Translations under genes and position numbers: made by a program | Source: Nitrospirota bacterium | GTDB lineage: Bacteria > Nitrospirota > Thermodesulfovibrionia > Thermodesulfovibrionales > Dissulfurispiraceae | Assembly (NCBI GenBank): GCA_963710375.1 | Contig: CAVPZX010000007.1 | Span: forward strand, 22,826 to 86,825 | DNA length: 64,000 nt | Direction: 5' to 3' | Notes under the pieces: generated by a model | Database searches by the model: none | What the model was told of the DNA's origin: nothing | The model's input: the letters and a program-made list of their open reading frames with translations, nothing else | Part shown: positions 34,873 to 44,661 of the stretch, piece after piece | Numbering within the stretch: the first letter of the stretch is position 1 | Layout of the letters: each line of letters starts with the position of its first letter

Positions 34873-36225
34873 ATGCAAACTATTCTTATTGTTGAAGATC
34901 AGCAGAGCATGGCGGACATGCTCGCCAAGACGCTTGAGTCTGAAGGTTACACTGTTCGCTTAGCCATGACGTTAAGGGACGGGCTTGACGCGCTTTCCTC
35001 CGAGGACATCAGAGCGGTGATTACCGACCTGAGACTGCCTGACGGGGACGGAATGGAAATGGTGAAGGCAGCAAGGGAAGGGTCCCCTTTTATCCCGACA
35101 ATAGTTATGACCGGGTTTGGCAGTATTGAAATTGCGGTCAATGCAATCAAAAAAGGGGCTTACGACTTTATCACTAAGCCGTTTGACCCCGACCATCTTA
35201 TTTTGCTCCTTAGACGAGCCCTGGAAGAGCAGACTCTGCAGAAGGAGAATCTTGTCCTTAAGCACGAATTCTCAAAATTTCTTAAAATGCCTGAAATTAT
35301 AGGGCTGAGCAGCCAATGGACTAATATAATGGAAAAAATCAAAAAAGTGGCGCCGCTCAAAACTACGGTACTTGTTCTTGGTGAAAGCGGAACTGGAAAG
35401 GAACTCGTTGCCAGGGCCATCCATTATCTAAGCCAGAGGGCCAAATATTCTTTTATTGCAGTTAATTGCGCTGCAATACCTAAAGATTTAATTGAAAATG
35501 AAATATTCGGACACGAAAAGGGAGCTTTTAGCGGGGCTGCTGAGATCAAGCCAGGCAGGTTTGAACTTGCCGACAGGGGCACTATATTCCTTGATGAGAT
35601 CGGTGATATGGAACTCTCATTGCAGTCAAAACTGTTGCGTGTGCTCCAGGAAAATGAGTTTGAACGCGTGGGCGGAACAAAAACCGTACGTGTCGATTTG
35701 CGCGTTATCGCGGCAAGCAACAAGAATCTCGAAAAAGAGGTTTCAGGAGGACACTTCAGGGAGGACCTGTTTTACCGGTTGAATGTTTTCCCTATAATTA
35801 TTCCACCCCTGCGGGAACGGAGGGAAGATATTATTCCGCTCGCAAGGCATTTTATCGGTATGTTTTCATCCGAAATGAACAAAAAGGCTCCGCTGCTTTC
35901 TCCTGAATCCGAAAGGATGCTGCTGGAGAATGAATGGAGGGGAAACGCAAGAGAACTGAAAAACATTATAGAACGGGCGGTTATCCTATGCGACGGTCAG
36001 GTTCTCCAGCCGGAGTATTTCAATTTTGTCAAATGCGTACCAGAAGAACAGATAGGTGCTGAAGCCCCTTTATCTGAAATTGCCCAATTTGCAGTTAAAA
36101 CCGCTGAAAAATCCCGGATAGAAACCGTTCTTACTCAAACAGGCGGCAATAAGAGCAGGGCAGCCGAAATACTTAAAGTAAGTTATAAAACATTGCTTAC
36201 TAAGATCAAGGATTACAGGATATAA
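34873..36225 (+). CDS. Sigma-54-dependent response regulator (NtrC/PilR class: REC + AAA+ + Fis HTH)
   Basis: ILIVEDQ ... DLRLPDGDG; GESGTGKELVARAIH; EKGAFSGA; ELADRGTIFLDEIGDM; C-terminal GNKSRAAEILKVSYKTLLTKIK. Confidence 0.9.
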   Translation: MQTILIVEDQQSMADMLAKTLESEGYTVRLAMTLRDGLDALSSEDIRAVITDLRLPDGDGMEMVKAAREGSPFIPTIVMTGFGSIEIAVNAIKKGAYDFITKPFDPDHLILLLRRALEEQTLQKENLVLKHEFSKFLKMPEIIGLSSQWTNIMEKIKKVAPLKTTVLVLGESGTGKELVARAIHYLSQRAKYSFIAVNCAAIPKDLIENEIFGHEKGAFSGAAEIKPGRFELADRGTIFLDEIGDMELSLQSKLLRVLQENEFERVGGTKTVRVDLRVIAASNKNLEKEVSGGHFREDLFYRLNVFPIIIPPLRERREDIIPLARHFIGMFSSEMNKKAPLLSPESERMLLENEWRGNARELKNIIERAVILCDGQVLQPEYFNFVKCVPEEQIGAEAPLSEIAQFAVKTAEKSRIETVLTQTGGNKSRAAEILKVSYKTLLTKIKDYRI

Positions 36226-36296
36226 TTAAAACATCTAATAGGTTATAGGTTTTTCCAATTACTCATCACCTGTGACCTATTTATATGAATTGTCTT

Positions 36297-36308
36297 ACAT
36301 AATTATGT
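36297..36308 (+). promoter_or_regulatory. Perfect 12-bp palindrome, candidate enhancer (UAS) for the sigma-54 activator
   Basis: ACATAATTATGT lies about 76 nt upstream of the candidate -24 element. Confidence 0.3.
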
Positions 36309-36382
36309 GTAACTAGTTGTATACTGCTATATTTCCAATCCGTAATTCCCTGATTTTAACAGCAAAAACATTTTCCGCTAAC

Positions 36383-36398
36383 CGGCATTGAAATTGCT
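36383..36398 (+). promoter_or_regulatory. Candidate sigma-54 (-24/-12) promoter of the PilY1-like operon
   Basis: cGGCATtgaaaTTGCT compared with the consensus TGGCAC-N5-TTGCW. The GG (36384-36385) and GC (36396-36397) have canonical spacing. It lies directly downstream of a sigma-54 activator gene. Confidence 0.5.
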
Positions 36399-36415
36399 CT
36401 ATAAACTATGAAATC

Positions 36416-39400
36416 ATGAAAAAACGCTATCAAATTCCGGCAATTATTTCGTTGTCTATTGTTGTCGTGCTGTCATTGGGTTTCCTGTCTGATTCTATGT
36501 CGAGTTCATCTATGAATACATATTGTTACACTCCTCCCTTTGTCACCACAGCTGTGCCGCCGCTGGTAATGCTTGTCATGTCAAAGGACCACAAGCTCTT
36601 TTTTAAGGCTTATGACGATGTTGTCGATCTTGACGGAGACGGGATCCCCGATGTCACTTATAAAGACACAATTACCTATTTCGGATATTTCGATTCCGGC
36701 AAGTGCTACTCCTACATTTCTGCCAACAACCGCTTTGAGCCTCAGGTATTGGCTTCGGGCACTAACAATCATTATTGTTCAGGTATGTGGAGCGGCAACT
36801 TTCTTAATTGGGCCACGATGGCAAGGATCGATATCCTGCGTGCGGTGCTGTATGGAGGCAAGCGCGATATAGATCAGAGTGGCGGAATAACTGTTTTAAG
36901 CAGAACGACACTCACTCAGGACGCGCACTCCTGGGCCAAGGTGTACATCGGCGCCGACATTGCGCAACTTACCCCCGCCGGCGGCGCGAGCAATCAAACC
37001 GCTATAACGATATGTAATACAAATACAAGCAACTCAGGAAATCAGGCCAACTGGTCTCTTATGAACTTCTATTGGGGAAACGCTGCAAATGGACCTGCTT
37101 CGCCTATAAATACTGGTGGTCAATACTATCCTTACGCTGCTGCCCTGGATGGCGGCGTGCAGTGTACAAAGAAATACAACACGGGACCTAATGCAGGTCC
37201 CGCCCTGCCAACAATCCCGTCACCCGGATCAGCGGCCAACAGCAATGGTGGTTCTTATTATGTCAATGTCTTAGTGTGCAATCCAACGGTTGGGCTGGAA
37301 TCAAACTGTCTCCAGTACGGCTCGTCCACGCTATCATATAAGCCTGCCGGGGTCATGCAGACATTGGGACTGAATCCCATAACCAATGCGCCGCGAATGT
37401 ATTTTGCTCTCATCACCGGAAGCTATAATAATAATCAGAGCGGAGGAGTGTTAAGAAGTAATTTTACCGATACGACCCAGGAGATCAATACCAGCGACGG
37501 CACAATCAATACAAGTACCTCAAAGATTATAAAGACCATTGATTTGCTTCAATTGATCTATTATGATTTCACGAATCATACATGGGCCAGTTCACCCGGC
37601 AACTGTGGCTTGAGCGCGACCTTTACCCAACCGAACTGCCCGGACTGGGGTAACCCCATGAGTGAGATGTACTATGAAGCGCTCAGGTATTTTGCCGGAA
37701 AAAGCGGTCCCACATCACAGTTTTCAGCTTCACCTCCGGACCCAACGTCAGTGTTTAATACAGATCTATATGCCACAGGTGTAACTTCACTTCCGGTTGC
37801 CTCCTCGTGGGCCAATCCTTTCAGTTCATCAGGAGGCAACTATCCTTCCTGTTCCAAGCCTTTTATTCTTATGCTAAGCGATGTCTACTCCTCGTGGGAC
37901 TCCGACCAACTACCAGGAGTTTATTCCTCCTGGCAAGCCACGATAACCCCCAATAACGATATCGGCGCCCCCGGCGTTTCTACCATGTTCAGCAATAGCT
38001 ATTCCAATATGAATTCTCTTGAAGGAATATCCAGCGCCTTCGTGGGACAATTCGGGGCCACAAATACCGGCAATTGCTCCCAAGAGCCTTCTTCTGGGAC
38101 CGGGTTTGATTTCGGCCAGGCACGCGGACTCTGCTCTGAAGAGCCTACGAAACAGGGCTCATACTATATGGCCGGGCTGGCCTGGTGGGCGCATACGACA
38201 GGCGTTACTAATCCTTCTGTCAGCAATAACCTGCAGGTTAATACCTATGCAGTGGTCACTCCTTCCGACGTACCTAATCTCAGTTTCGCAGTCGGTTCCA
38301 ATACTGTTTTTCTCCAGCCTGACTTTAACGTTATCTCCTATACGGGTCTTACCGGCTCCAAAGGACAGTTTGTCGACTTTAAAATATTGGCGACGCCTAA
38401 TATCAGTTGTCCATCGCTTGACACGGAATGTACCACTGAAACCACTACTAACGGCTATCAGTATGGATACGAAGTTGCCTATGATGATTCCGGACAGGGG
38501 AATGACTACGACCTTGATGTGCGCTGGAGATTGTTTGTCAAGACAAACCCGACGGCAAATACAATAACAATCAAAACCAAGGGCGAGTATTATGCGGCAG
38601 GCGCTAACGATGGGTCCGGGTATTTGATAACCGGTGTTAACAACGGGGGGGGATATATTGAACTCCAGGGAGCAGGAGACGGCGTGAGTTTTACGGGATA
38701 TTGCAACGGAGCGGCATGCCCTTCAACTTGCAATGGAGGCGGAGAATGCTCACATGGCAGTTCATCCTCAACACCCGGTGTTGTATATGTTGAAAGGACT
38801 TTTAGTGTTACCGGGTCGTCGGCAAGCTTTACGCATGACCCCTTCTGGTACGCTGCCAAATACGGAGGGTTTAACAACAATAATCCACTTGCACCATACC
38901 CTGCCCTGACGAGCCAATGGGACACTACCGGAGACGGTATGCCTGATAATTATTTTTATGCCTCCAATCCGCTCCAGTTGCAGCAGCAGCTCGTTAATGC
39001 ATTCAGCGCAATCCTCAACCAGGCCTCATCAGGCACCACTGTTGTGAGCCTGCCCCCATCTCAGACTATATCATCCAATATCGTGGCCCAGGCCTATTTC
39101 TTTCCCGAGCAGCAGGATAACGCTGTAAGGCTTACATGGCTCGGATATCTGAGAACGTTATGGGCCGACGCTGTGTCAAATATCAGGGAGAACACTGCCG
39201 GCACGGATATCCTGGATATCATACAAGACAAAATAGTGGCGTTTCTTTATAACTCGGCGCAGCAGCAGTTTGTGGCAACTGTTTATACTGATACGAACAG
39301 CAGTTCCGGCCTGAACAGCTGCACATCTACTACAAAGGATATTTCTGCCGTGGCGCCGATTTGGGAAGCAGGCTCGATACTTCAAAACACTGACCCAGCC

Positions 39401-41590
39401 AACAGAACCATTTATACTTGGATTGACAGCCAGACGTCAGGCGCAACAGGTGTGGTTGACTCCGGAGAATTTGTACAGTTTAGTTTAAGCGGTACAGGCG
39501 GTTTAAGTTCCTCGCAGCTCACGGCACTGAGCGGTTACTGGACGTATAGCGACATAGGAGCCTGCAACAGCGCTTGTGCGAATTCGGTTGTTCAATATGT
39601 AAGGGGGTATGACCTGCCCAGTCCTTCCGGTTCCCTGTTCAGATTAAGGCAATCGGATTCCACAGGCAGTAATGTTATCACATCATGGAAACTGGGCGAT
39701 ATCATTTTTTCAACTCCGCAAATTGACCCCAATGGTAAGGTCAACGGATATGATACGCGATATGGCGACACAACTTATGGGGCATTTATTAACAGTACTA
39801 TCAAGAATAATCCGCCTGTTGTATTTGTCGGCGCCAATGACGGGATGGTGCATGCATTCATCCTGGGGACGCTTTCCGGCATCAGCCCACCGGTAGGAAA
39901 CGGCACTTCGTCGTTAGAGGTAGCCCAGTTGTCACCTTCACCAGGAAAGACGCTAGGAAGTGAGGCATGGGCATATATTCCATGGAATGTAATACCGTAT
40001 CTCAGGTGGTATTGCCAGAACAATTATTGTCATATCCCTATGGCTGATGCCACATTTACGATTGTTGACGCCTCTACAGGCACCCCAACAAGTCCGGCCA
40101 GTGCTGCAGCTGTGAAGCCCTCTGATGGTTCTACCTGGCGGCGCTTGCTTATAGGCTCCATGGGGTTCGGCGGTACACCGATCACTGTAGGAAGTCCAAG
40201 CGTGACCTTCAGCTCTTCTATTTTTGTTATGGACATTACCAACCCTCTCTCTCCGGTCCTTTGGTGGGAGAAGCAGATGCCTGACAATACACTGACTGAA
40301 GGGATTCCGGGTATCGTAAGACTCGGGGCAGGCAATGCTAACGGCAGCTGGTATCTGGTTATGGGAAGCGGAGCGACGACAATAACCACTGCAAGTCTCA
40401 CTTATCCTGCAAATCCAAAAATTTATGTCTTTAATCTCCTTGATGGCAGTCAGGCAGCGTTTGACGCGAACAATGTACCTGGTTTGCCCATTACAAATGC
40501 CGAGGGCGCTACTAATAATACGGCGGCCAATGTAGCTGTCGGAGATTTAGAGTCTGCTGATCTTGATTATCCGGCTGGCGATTACCAGACTGATGTTGTC
40601 TATTTCGGCACCTATAGTGAAACAGCGGGAGGACTTTACAGGTTAAGGATACGGAACGGATCGACAGGAAACACCCCCAATTACATTGCCGGCCCGTCAA
40701 ACTGGCTGATATCAGCAGTTGTCAACCCCGGACACCCTGTCTTTGCCGCTCCTTCATTAGCCATAGACGCTGCCCAAAACCAATGGCTTTATTTCGGGAC
40801 CGGCCTTTATGTTACTTCAAGCGATACAAGTGTCACTAACGAGCTGTTGTATGGTGTGAAAGAGTCCACTACTTGCTGGCAGAGCGGTGGTTCAGGCTGC
40901 AATTATACAAATTTTATAAACATGACCAATGCTGCTTACACCGGTGCCAGGGCACTGACATACTCCTGTGAATGTACGGGCGGCGCAACCGTCCTTACAG
41001 GAAAGTGCGACGGCCTTGGCAACTGTCCCAATGCCACCAATCCTGGCTGTCCTTCCAATGAAGGCTCCCTGGTGGTAACGTCAGTTGCAGGCGCGACATT
41101 GAGCGGCTCAGGCGCTAGCTGCAATGGCGCAAGCTGCGATGGCTTAAAAGATACGGCAGCAGCCAACTGTCTTGTATGTGCACTGAACAGCTATGCCGGG
41201 TGGACGCAGACTATTACAGGCGCTAAGATTTATGCTTCACCTCTTGCCTACGGCGGCATTGTAAGTGCCACTGAATTTGCTCCTAGCGGGAACATCTGCC
41301 AGGCTGGAGGGACTTCCAGTCTTATATCACTCCAATTTAATACCGGGGCCCCTTATAACCAGCCCACTATTTTGTCAGTAGCAGGGACCAGCGGTTCCAC
41401 CACTAACCTTAGCGTTAATAAGACGGTCCAAATTTCTCCAGGCGCTTCGCCCTTCAAACAGAGCCTTGTTCCGGTCCAGACCGGCAACACCTTCAAAGTG
41501 TTTACCCAGTCAGCAGGAGGCATTGCCTCAGTCTCTGTAAATCCTAGTATTTCGATGAGCAATCAATATATATTATGGATGACAAAATAA
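36416..41590 (+). CDS. pilY1: Very large secreted PilY1-like type IV pilus tip/adhesin protein (1724 aa)
   Basis: Signal peptide. The C-terminal half carries the PilY1/PilC propeller hallmark WKLGDIIFSTPQI ... PPVVFVGANDGMVHAF ... EAWAYIPWNV and later TDVVYFGT..GGLYRL. It is followed by four prepilin-type genes. Confidence 0.75.
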   Translation: MKKRYQIPAIISLSIVVVLSLGFLSDSMSSSSMNTYCYTPPFVTTAVPPLVMLVMSKDHKLFFKAYDDVVDLDGDGIPDVTYKDTITYFGYFDSGKCYSYISANNRFEPQVLASGTNNHYCSGMWSGNFLNWATMARIDILRAVLYGGKRDIDQSGGITVLSRTTLTQDAHSWAKVYIGADIAQLTPAGGASNQTAITICNTNTSNSGNQANWSLMNFYWGNAANGPASPINTGGQYYPYAAALDGGVQCTKKYNTGPNAGPALPTIPSPGSAANSNGGSYYVNVLVCNPTVGLESNCLQYGSSTLSYKPAGVMQTLGLNPITNAPRMYFALITGSYNNNQSGGVLRSNFTDTTQEINTSDGTINTSTSKIIKTIDLLQLIYYDFTNHTWASSPGNCGLSATFTQPNCPDWGNPMSEMYYEALRYFAGKSGPTSQFSASPPDPTSVFNTDLYATGVTSLPVASSWANPFSSSGGNYPSCSKPFILMLSDVYSSWDSDQLPGVYSSWQATITPNNDIGAPGVSTMFSNSYSNMNSLEGISSAFVGQFGATNTGNCSQEPSSGTGFDFGQARGLCSEEPTKQGSYYMAGLAWWAHTTGVTNPSVSNNLQVNTYAVVTPSDVPNLSFAVGSNTVFLQPDFNVISYTGLTGSKGQFVDFKILATPNISCPSLDTECTTETTTNGYQYGYEVAYDDSGQGNDYDLDVRWRLFVKTNPTANTITIKTKGEYYAAGANDGSGYLITGVNNGGGYIELQGAGDGVSFTGYCNGAACPSTCNGGGECSHGSSSSTPGVVYVERTFSVTGSSASFTHDPFWYAAKYGGFNNNNPLAPYPALTSQWDTTGDGMPDNYFYASNPLQLQQQLVNAFSAILNQASSGTTVVSLPPSQTISSNIVAQAYFFPEQQDNAVRLTWLGYLRTLWADAVSNIRENTAGTDILDIIQDKIVAFLYNSAQQQFVATVYTDTNSSSGLNSCTSTTKDISAVAPIWEAGSILQNTDPANRTIYTWIDSQTSGATGVVDSGEFVQFSLSGTGGLSSSQLTALSGYWTYSDIGACNSACANSVVQYVRGYDLPSPSGSLFRLRQSDSTGSNVITSWKLGDIIFSTPQIDPNGKVNGYDTRYGDTTYGAFINSTIKNNPPVVFVGANDGMVHAFILGTLSGISPPVGNGTSSLEVAQLSPSPGKTLGSEAWAYIPWNVIPYLRWYCQNNYCHIPMADATFTIVDASTGTPTSPASAAAVKPSDGSTWRRLLIGSMGFGGTPITVGSPSVTFSSSIFVMDITNPLSPVLWWEKQMPDNTLTEGIPGIVRLGAGNANGSWYLVMGSGATTITTASLTYPANPKIYVFNLLDGSQAAFDANNVPGLPITNAEGATNNTAANVAVGDLESADLDYPAGDYQTDVVYFGTYSETAGGLYRLRIRNGSTGNTPNYIAGPSNWLISAVVNPGHPVFAAPSLAIDAAQNQWLYFGTGLYVTSSDTSVTNELLYGVKESTTCWQSGGSGCNYTNFINMTNAAYTGARALTYSCECTGGATVLTGKCDGLGNCPNATNPGCPSNEGSLVVTSVAGATLSGSGASCNGASCDGLKDTAAANCLVCALNSYAGWTQTITGAKIYASPLAYGGIVSATEFAPSGNICQAGGTSSLISLQFNTGAPYNQPTILSVAGTSGSTTNLSVNKTVQISPGASPFKQSLVPVQTGNTFKVFTQSAGGIASVSVNPSISMSNQYILWMTK

Positions 41591-42183
41591 AAGGGTTTAG
41601 TGTTCTTGAACTCGTTATGGTTCTTGCCATTGCGGCCACACTAATTACAATCGCGGGCATGTGGGCTGTTTCGTTTATAGCAGACGCCACACTGTCCCAG
41701 ATGCGTGATCAATTATTGCAGAATATAGAAGAGGCAAGGTCGCAGTCCATTTCTTCGGTGCCCTACGGGATAGAATTCAATAGCGCAACCGCAGCTACTA
41801 ATTATGCGCTCATCCGGTTCCCGGGCGGGACATGCAGTTCTACAGGAACTCCGTGTGCAACAACTTTGAATAGTCTGGGCGACGGTTGCAATGCGGCGGC
41901 AAACGAATACTGTGTATTCTCTCAGAGCGGGAGCTTTATGGTTACTGGCGGTATAACGCCGACCACAATGAAGACAGTAGCCTTTACTTCGGGCTATATT
42001 GCTACTCTTTCATTTACAGGTTCCCCCACCGGCAATTATATCTGGTTTGACCGCAAAGGCATGCCGCATGATAACAGTTGGAACACGCCCACAGGGGAGA
42101 CAACTATAACAGTTTCAAAAGGCGGCGCTGCAAACAAGTCAATAACTATCGATACGGCAGGCAAAGTCACGTATGAGAGATAA
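41575..42183 (+). CDS. Prepilin-type minor pilin, FimT/GspH-like
   Basis: MDDKIKG/FSVLELVMVLAIAATLITIA is the canonical G-F-x-x-x-E cleavage/methylation motif. Overlaps the pilY1-like stop by 16 nt. Confidence 0.75.
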   Translation: MDDKIKGFSVLELVMVLAIAATLITIAGMWAVSFIADATLSQMRDQLLQNIEEARSQSISSVPYGIEFNSATAATNYALIRFPGGTCSSTGTPCATTLNSLGDGCNAAANEYCVFSQSGSFMVTGGITPTTMKTVAFTSGYIATLSFTGSPTGNYIWFDRKGMPHDNSWNTPTGETTITVSKGGAANKSITIDTAGKVTYER

Positions 42184-42946
42184 GGGCTCGGGAATAAACA
42201 GCTTGTGCATTGGTGCCTCCCAGAGAGGTTTTACACTTATAGAAATACTTATTTCTACCGGCATTTTGCTCATTGCAGTTGCCGGGTTTCTTGCGTGGGC
42301 AGCCAATGTTGTAAATCAGCGCGCAGGACTCTCAAAGCGCAATTTCGCATACAATATTGCCGTTGACGTAAGCGACCGTCTTGCGAAGCTCAGCGGGACC
42401 AATGTTTTTTTATTGCCTAACAGCAGCGGAACCATTAAGTATTTAGGACTGGACAGCAACGGCAATCTGCTGACGTGTTTAGCAGGAGTTCTTACGTCCA
42501 ATGGTTTGACCTTCGATGCAACAGGCATGACTCAATATACCAATCCATGGAACGGGACCATGAATAATCTGTTCCTTTATCACGACAGCCTGGGGACATT
42601 CAGTGCGAGCGCACCATTGACAACAACTGCCAATGCGTTTATAGATCATCCCAATTCGAGTGATGTCGCGAATTTGGGCTTACCTGACGACATCAACAGC
42701 TTAATCAATCCGATACGGCGTTCTGCAAACGGGGTGACCTACTATGTAGCATGGAGTGTGGCCTATATGCCATGCGCAACAGCGCCTACGAATTTGGTGA
42801 AGATTTTCATAACGGTTTACTGGATAGATCCCGAGCCCTCTTTTTCATCAACTATCACTCAGGTCAACAACTACATCCAGTCACACCCACTTAGTGTTAA
42901 AAATGTTTCTATTACACTTGACAAGTCGTTGACGGCCACGCAATGA
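42173..42946 (+). CDS. Prepilin-type minor pilin, PilV-like
   Basis: ..SQRG/FTLIEILISTGILLIAVAGF. The leader is 18 aa from the ATG; an in-frame TTG would give a 9-aa leader. Confidence 0.7.
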   Translation: MRDKGSGINSLCIGASQRGFTLIEILISTGILLIAVAGFLAWAANVVNQRAGLSKRNFAYNIAVDVSDRLAKLSGTNVFLLPNSSGTIKYLGLDSNGNLLTCLAGVLTSNGLTFDATGMTQYTNPWNGTMNNLFLYHDSLGTFSASAPLTTTANAFIDHPNSSDVANLGLPDDINSLINPIRRSANGVTYYVAWSVAYMPCATAPTNLVKIFITVYWIDPEPSFSSTITQVNNYIQSHPLSVKNVSITLDKSLTATQ

Positions 42947-43974
42947 AAGGAATTAAAAATAAGAGAGGCACAAGCCTTGTTGAATTGATGATAGCGATGG
43001 CAATATTCGCTCTTATACTCGGCGTAATGTTTTCTCTTTATGCAACCATGATCAAAACATCCGCATCTACCAGGAAGATCGTAAAAGTGGAGGGAGAGAT
43101 TACCAATACAGTATGGCCACTTTTCAAAGAGATAGAATCTGCAGGTTTTGGAGTGCCGGCTAATAGCTTCGGTGGCAGCTGCACTCCTGAAATCAATTAC
43201 ACAGGCGGTGCAGCTAATGGAGTTCTTACTATTTACAGCACTACTACGGCTACCCAGACGTCTCCAATCCAGACGGCTGCAGGTTCATGGAGTTTTATTC
43301 TTGGGTCGTCATGTACGGTATGCATGGCGGGGACTGGATGTCCGGGAGGCGGGTTTAATCCCGGAGGCGGGTTTAATAATGGAGATATTGTATCAATAAT
43401 AAGTCCTTCCGACAAAAGCAGTTTAATAACCACCGGTCCGTTCACAACAACAGTGGCAGTCGGCGGCACGCTCACAGGGTGCGTGTCAACCACCTGGCCG
43501 GGCAATATCGCTTACTTTATTAGCCCTGGAGGCGGTCCGACAGGCAGTTGTTACAGCACCATATACACTCTCTCTGCAACACCTACAAAGACCTGCGCTT
43601 CCGGAACTCAGCAATTGACGAGAAGCAGCGTTGCAGTAGGAAGCGCTGCAAATCCCCAACCAATGCTCGACTGTGTGCTTGCTTTTTCCAGTATCTTCGG
43701 CTGTATAGATACGAGCGGCAACGTTACCTGGCAGACAGGGAACACATGCACTTTTTTGAACTCTAACGGAAATTTTAATCCGAGATTTATAAGGATCGGA
43801 CTCGTGGTGCAGGACAGTAACCAAAACGAGTATGCCGGGCCGCCGCAAACCAGTATAACACTTTTCGGCGACACTCCACCATCAACACAATATACAGTCT
43901 CATTAAATACTACACAGGGGACATACAGATGGAGAACAATCGAACGTACTATATCTTTAAGGAATCTGGAGTAG
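42943..43974 (+). CDS. Prepilin-type minor pilin, PilW-like
   Basis: MKGIKNKRG/TSLVELMIAMAIFALILGV. Size (343 aa) and position fit PilW. Confidence 0.7.
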   Translation: MKGIKNKRGTSLVELMIAMAIFALILGVMFSLYATMIKTSASTRKIVKVEGEITNTVWPLFKEIESAGFGVPANSFGGSCTPEINYTGGAANGVLTIYSTTTATQTSPIQTAAGSWSFILGSSCTVCMAGTGCPGGGFNPGGGFNNGDIVSIISPSDKSSLITTGPFTTTVAVGGTLTGCVSTTWPGNIAYFISPGGGPTGSCYSTIYTLSATPTKTCASGTQQLTRSSVAVGSAANPQPMLDCVLAFSSIFGCIDTSGNVTWQTGNTCTFLNSNGNFNPRFIRIGLVVQDSNQNEYAGPPQTSITLFGDTPPSTQYTVSLNTTQGTYRWRTIERTISLRNLE

Positions 43975-44504
43975 CGCTTGTAAATACGCTTATTATAGTG
44001 GCAGCGAGCCTGCTGCTCATCGGGGGCATCTATTACCTGACCGGCGGCGGCTTTAAGGTAGCGCTAATAAATAAAAAATTCTCTTCCACCCAGGAGGCTG
44101 CGGCAGGCGGGGTTCAGGAAGCAACAGAGGCCTTAAGGCAGCTCATCAATGATTACAACAACGGCGCCGGCGGCTTTACGCTAAGTAATAACATGGGGTT
44201 TCAAACCAATTATGCAGGCGCAGCGAACGTAATATTTTATTGCCAGAATACTCCACCTACGGCAGCACTTCGCGCAAAAACCGCTGATGGCAGGTACCAG
44301 ATAGATATGACGATCGCATGCCTGGGCCAAAAACCGGTTCCCGGCTCCGGAGGTGCCATGATCTTCCCTCCGCCCCCTTCAGCCAGCGGCGGAGGTGGAA
44401 CAGCGTTTTACTTTTATTCCATAACAGCCCAGGCGCAAGATATACTTGAAACAAAAAACCCCAGTATAGGCCAGGTACAAGCTGTTTACCGGCTGACGAG
44501 ATAA
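43929..44504 (+). CDS. PilX-like minor pilin (PilX_N-type hydrophobic N-terminus, no Glu5)
   Basis: ..KESGVALVNTLIIVAASLLLIGGIYYL. Last position in the minor-pilin set. Confidence 0.6.
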   Translation: MENNRTYYIFKESGVALVNTLIIVAASLLLIGGIYYLTGGGFKVALINKKFSSTQEAAAGGVQEATEALRQLINDYNNGAGGFTLSNNMGFQTNYAGAANVIFYCQNTPPTAALRAKTADGRYQIDMTIACLGQKPVPGSGGAMIFPPPPSASGGGGTAFYFYSITAQAQDILETKNPSIGQVQAVYRLTR

Positions 44505-44511
44505 AAAGATC

Positions 44512-44661
44512 GAAGGTGTGAAGATGAGAAGGTGCGAAGTTGAGAAGAGGCAAATCACAAACGCGAAGACTTCTGTCGCAACTTCACAACTTCGCACCTT
44601 CTCATCTTCATCCTTTGACGTTGGCTCACCTTCACACCTTCACAACTTCGCACCTTCGTCC
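44512..44661. repeat. Word-repeat hairpin element, GAAGGTGY/GAAGTTGR words: one purine arm and two pyrimidine arms
   Basis: 44519-44542 (tgaagatgagaaggtgcgaagttg) is perfectly complementary to 44587-44610. A second pyrimidine arm lies at 44628-44661. Confidence 0.8.

Noticed and set aside
38019-38567. 182-aa alternative-frame ORF inside the PilY1-like gene
   Set aside because: It is on the same strand in an overlapping frame within a 5.2-kb continuous ORF. It has no motif and a Pro/Leu/Ser-rich composition.
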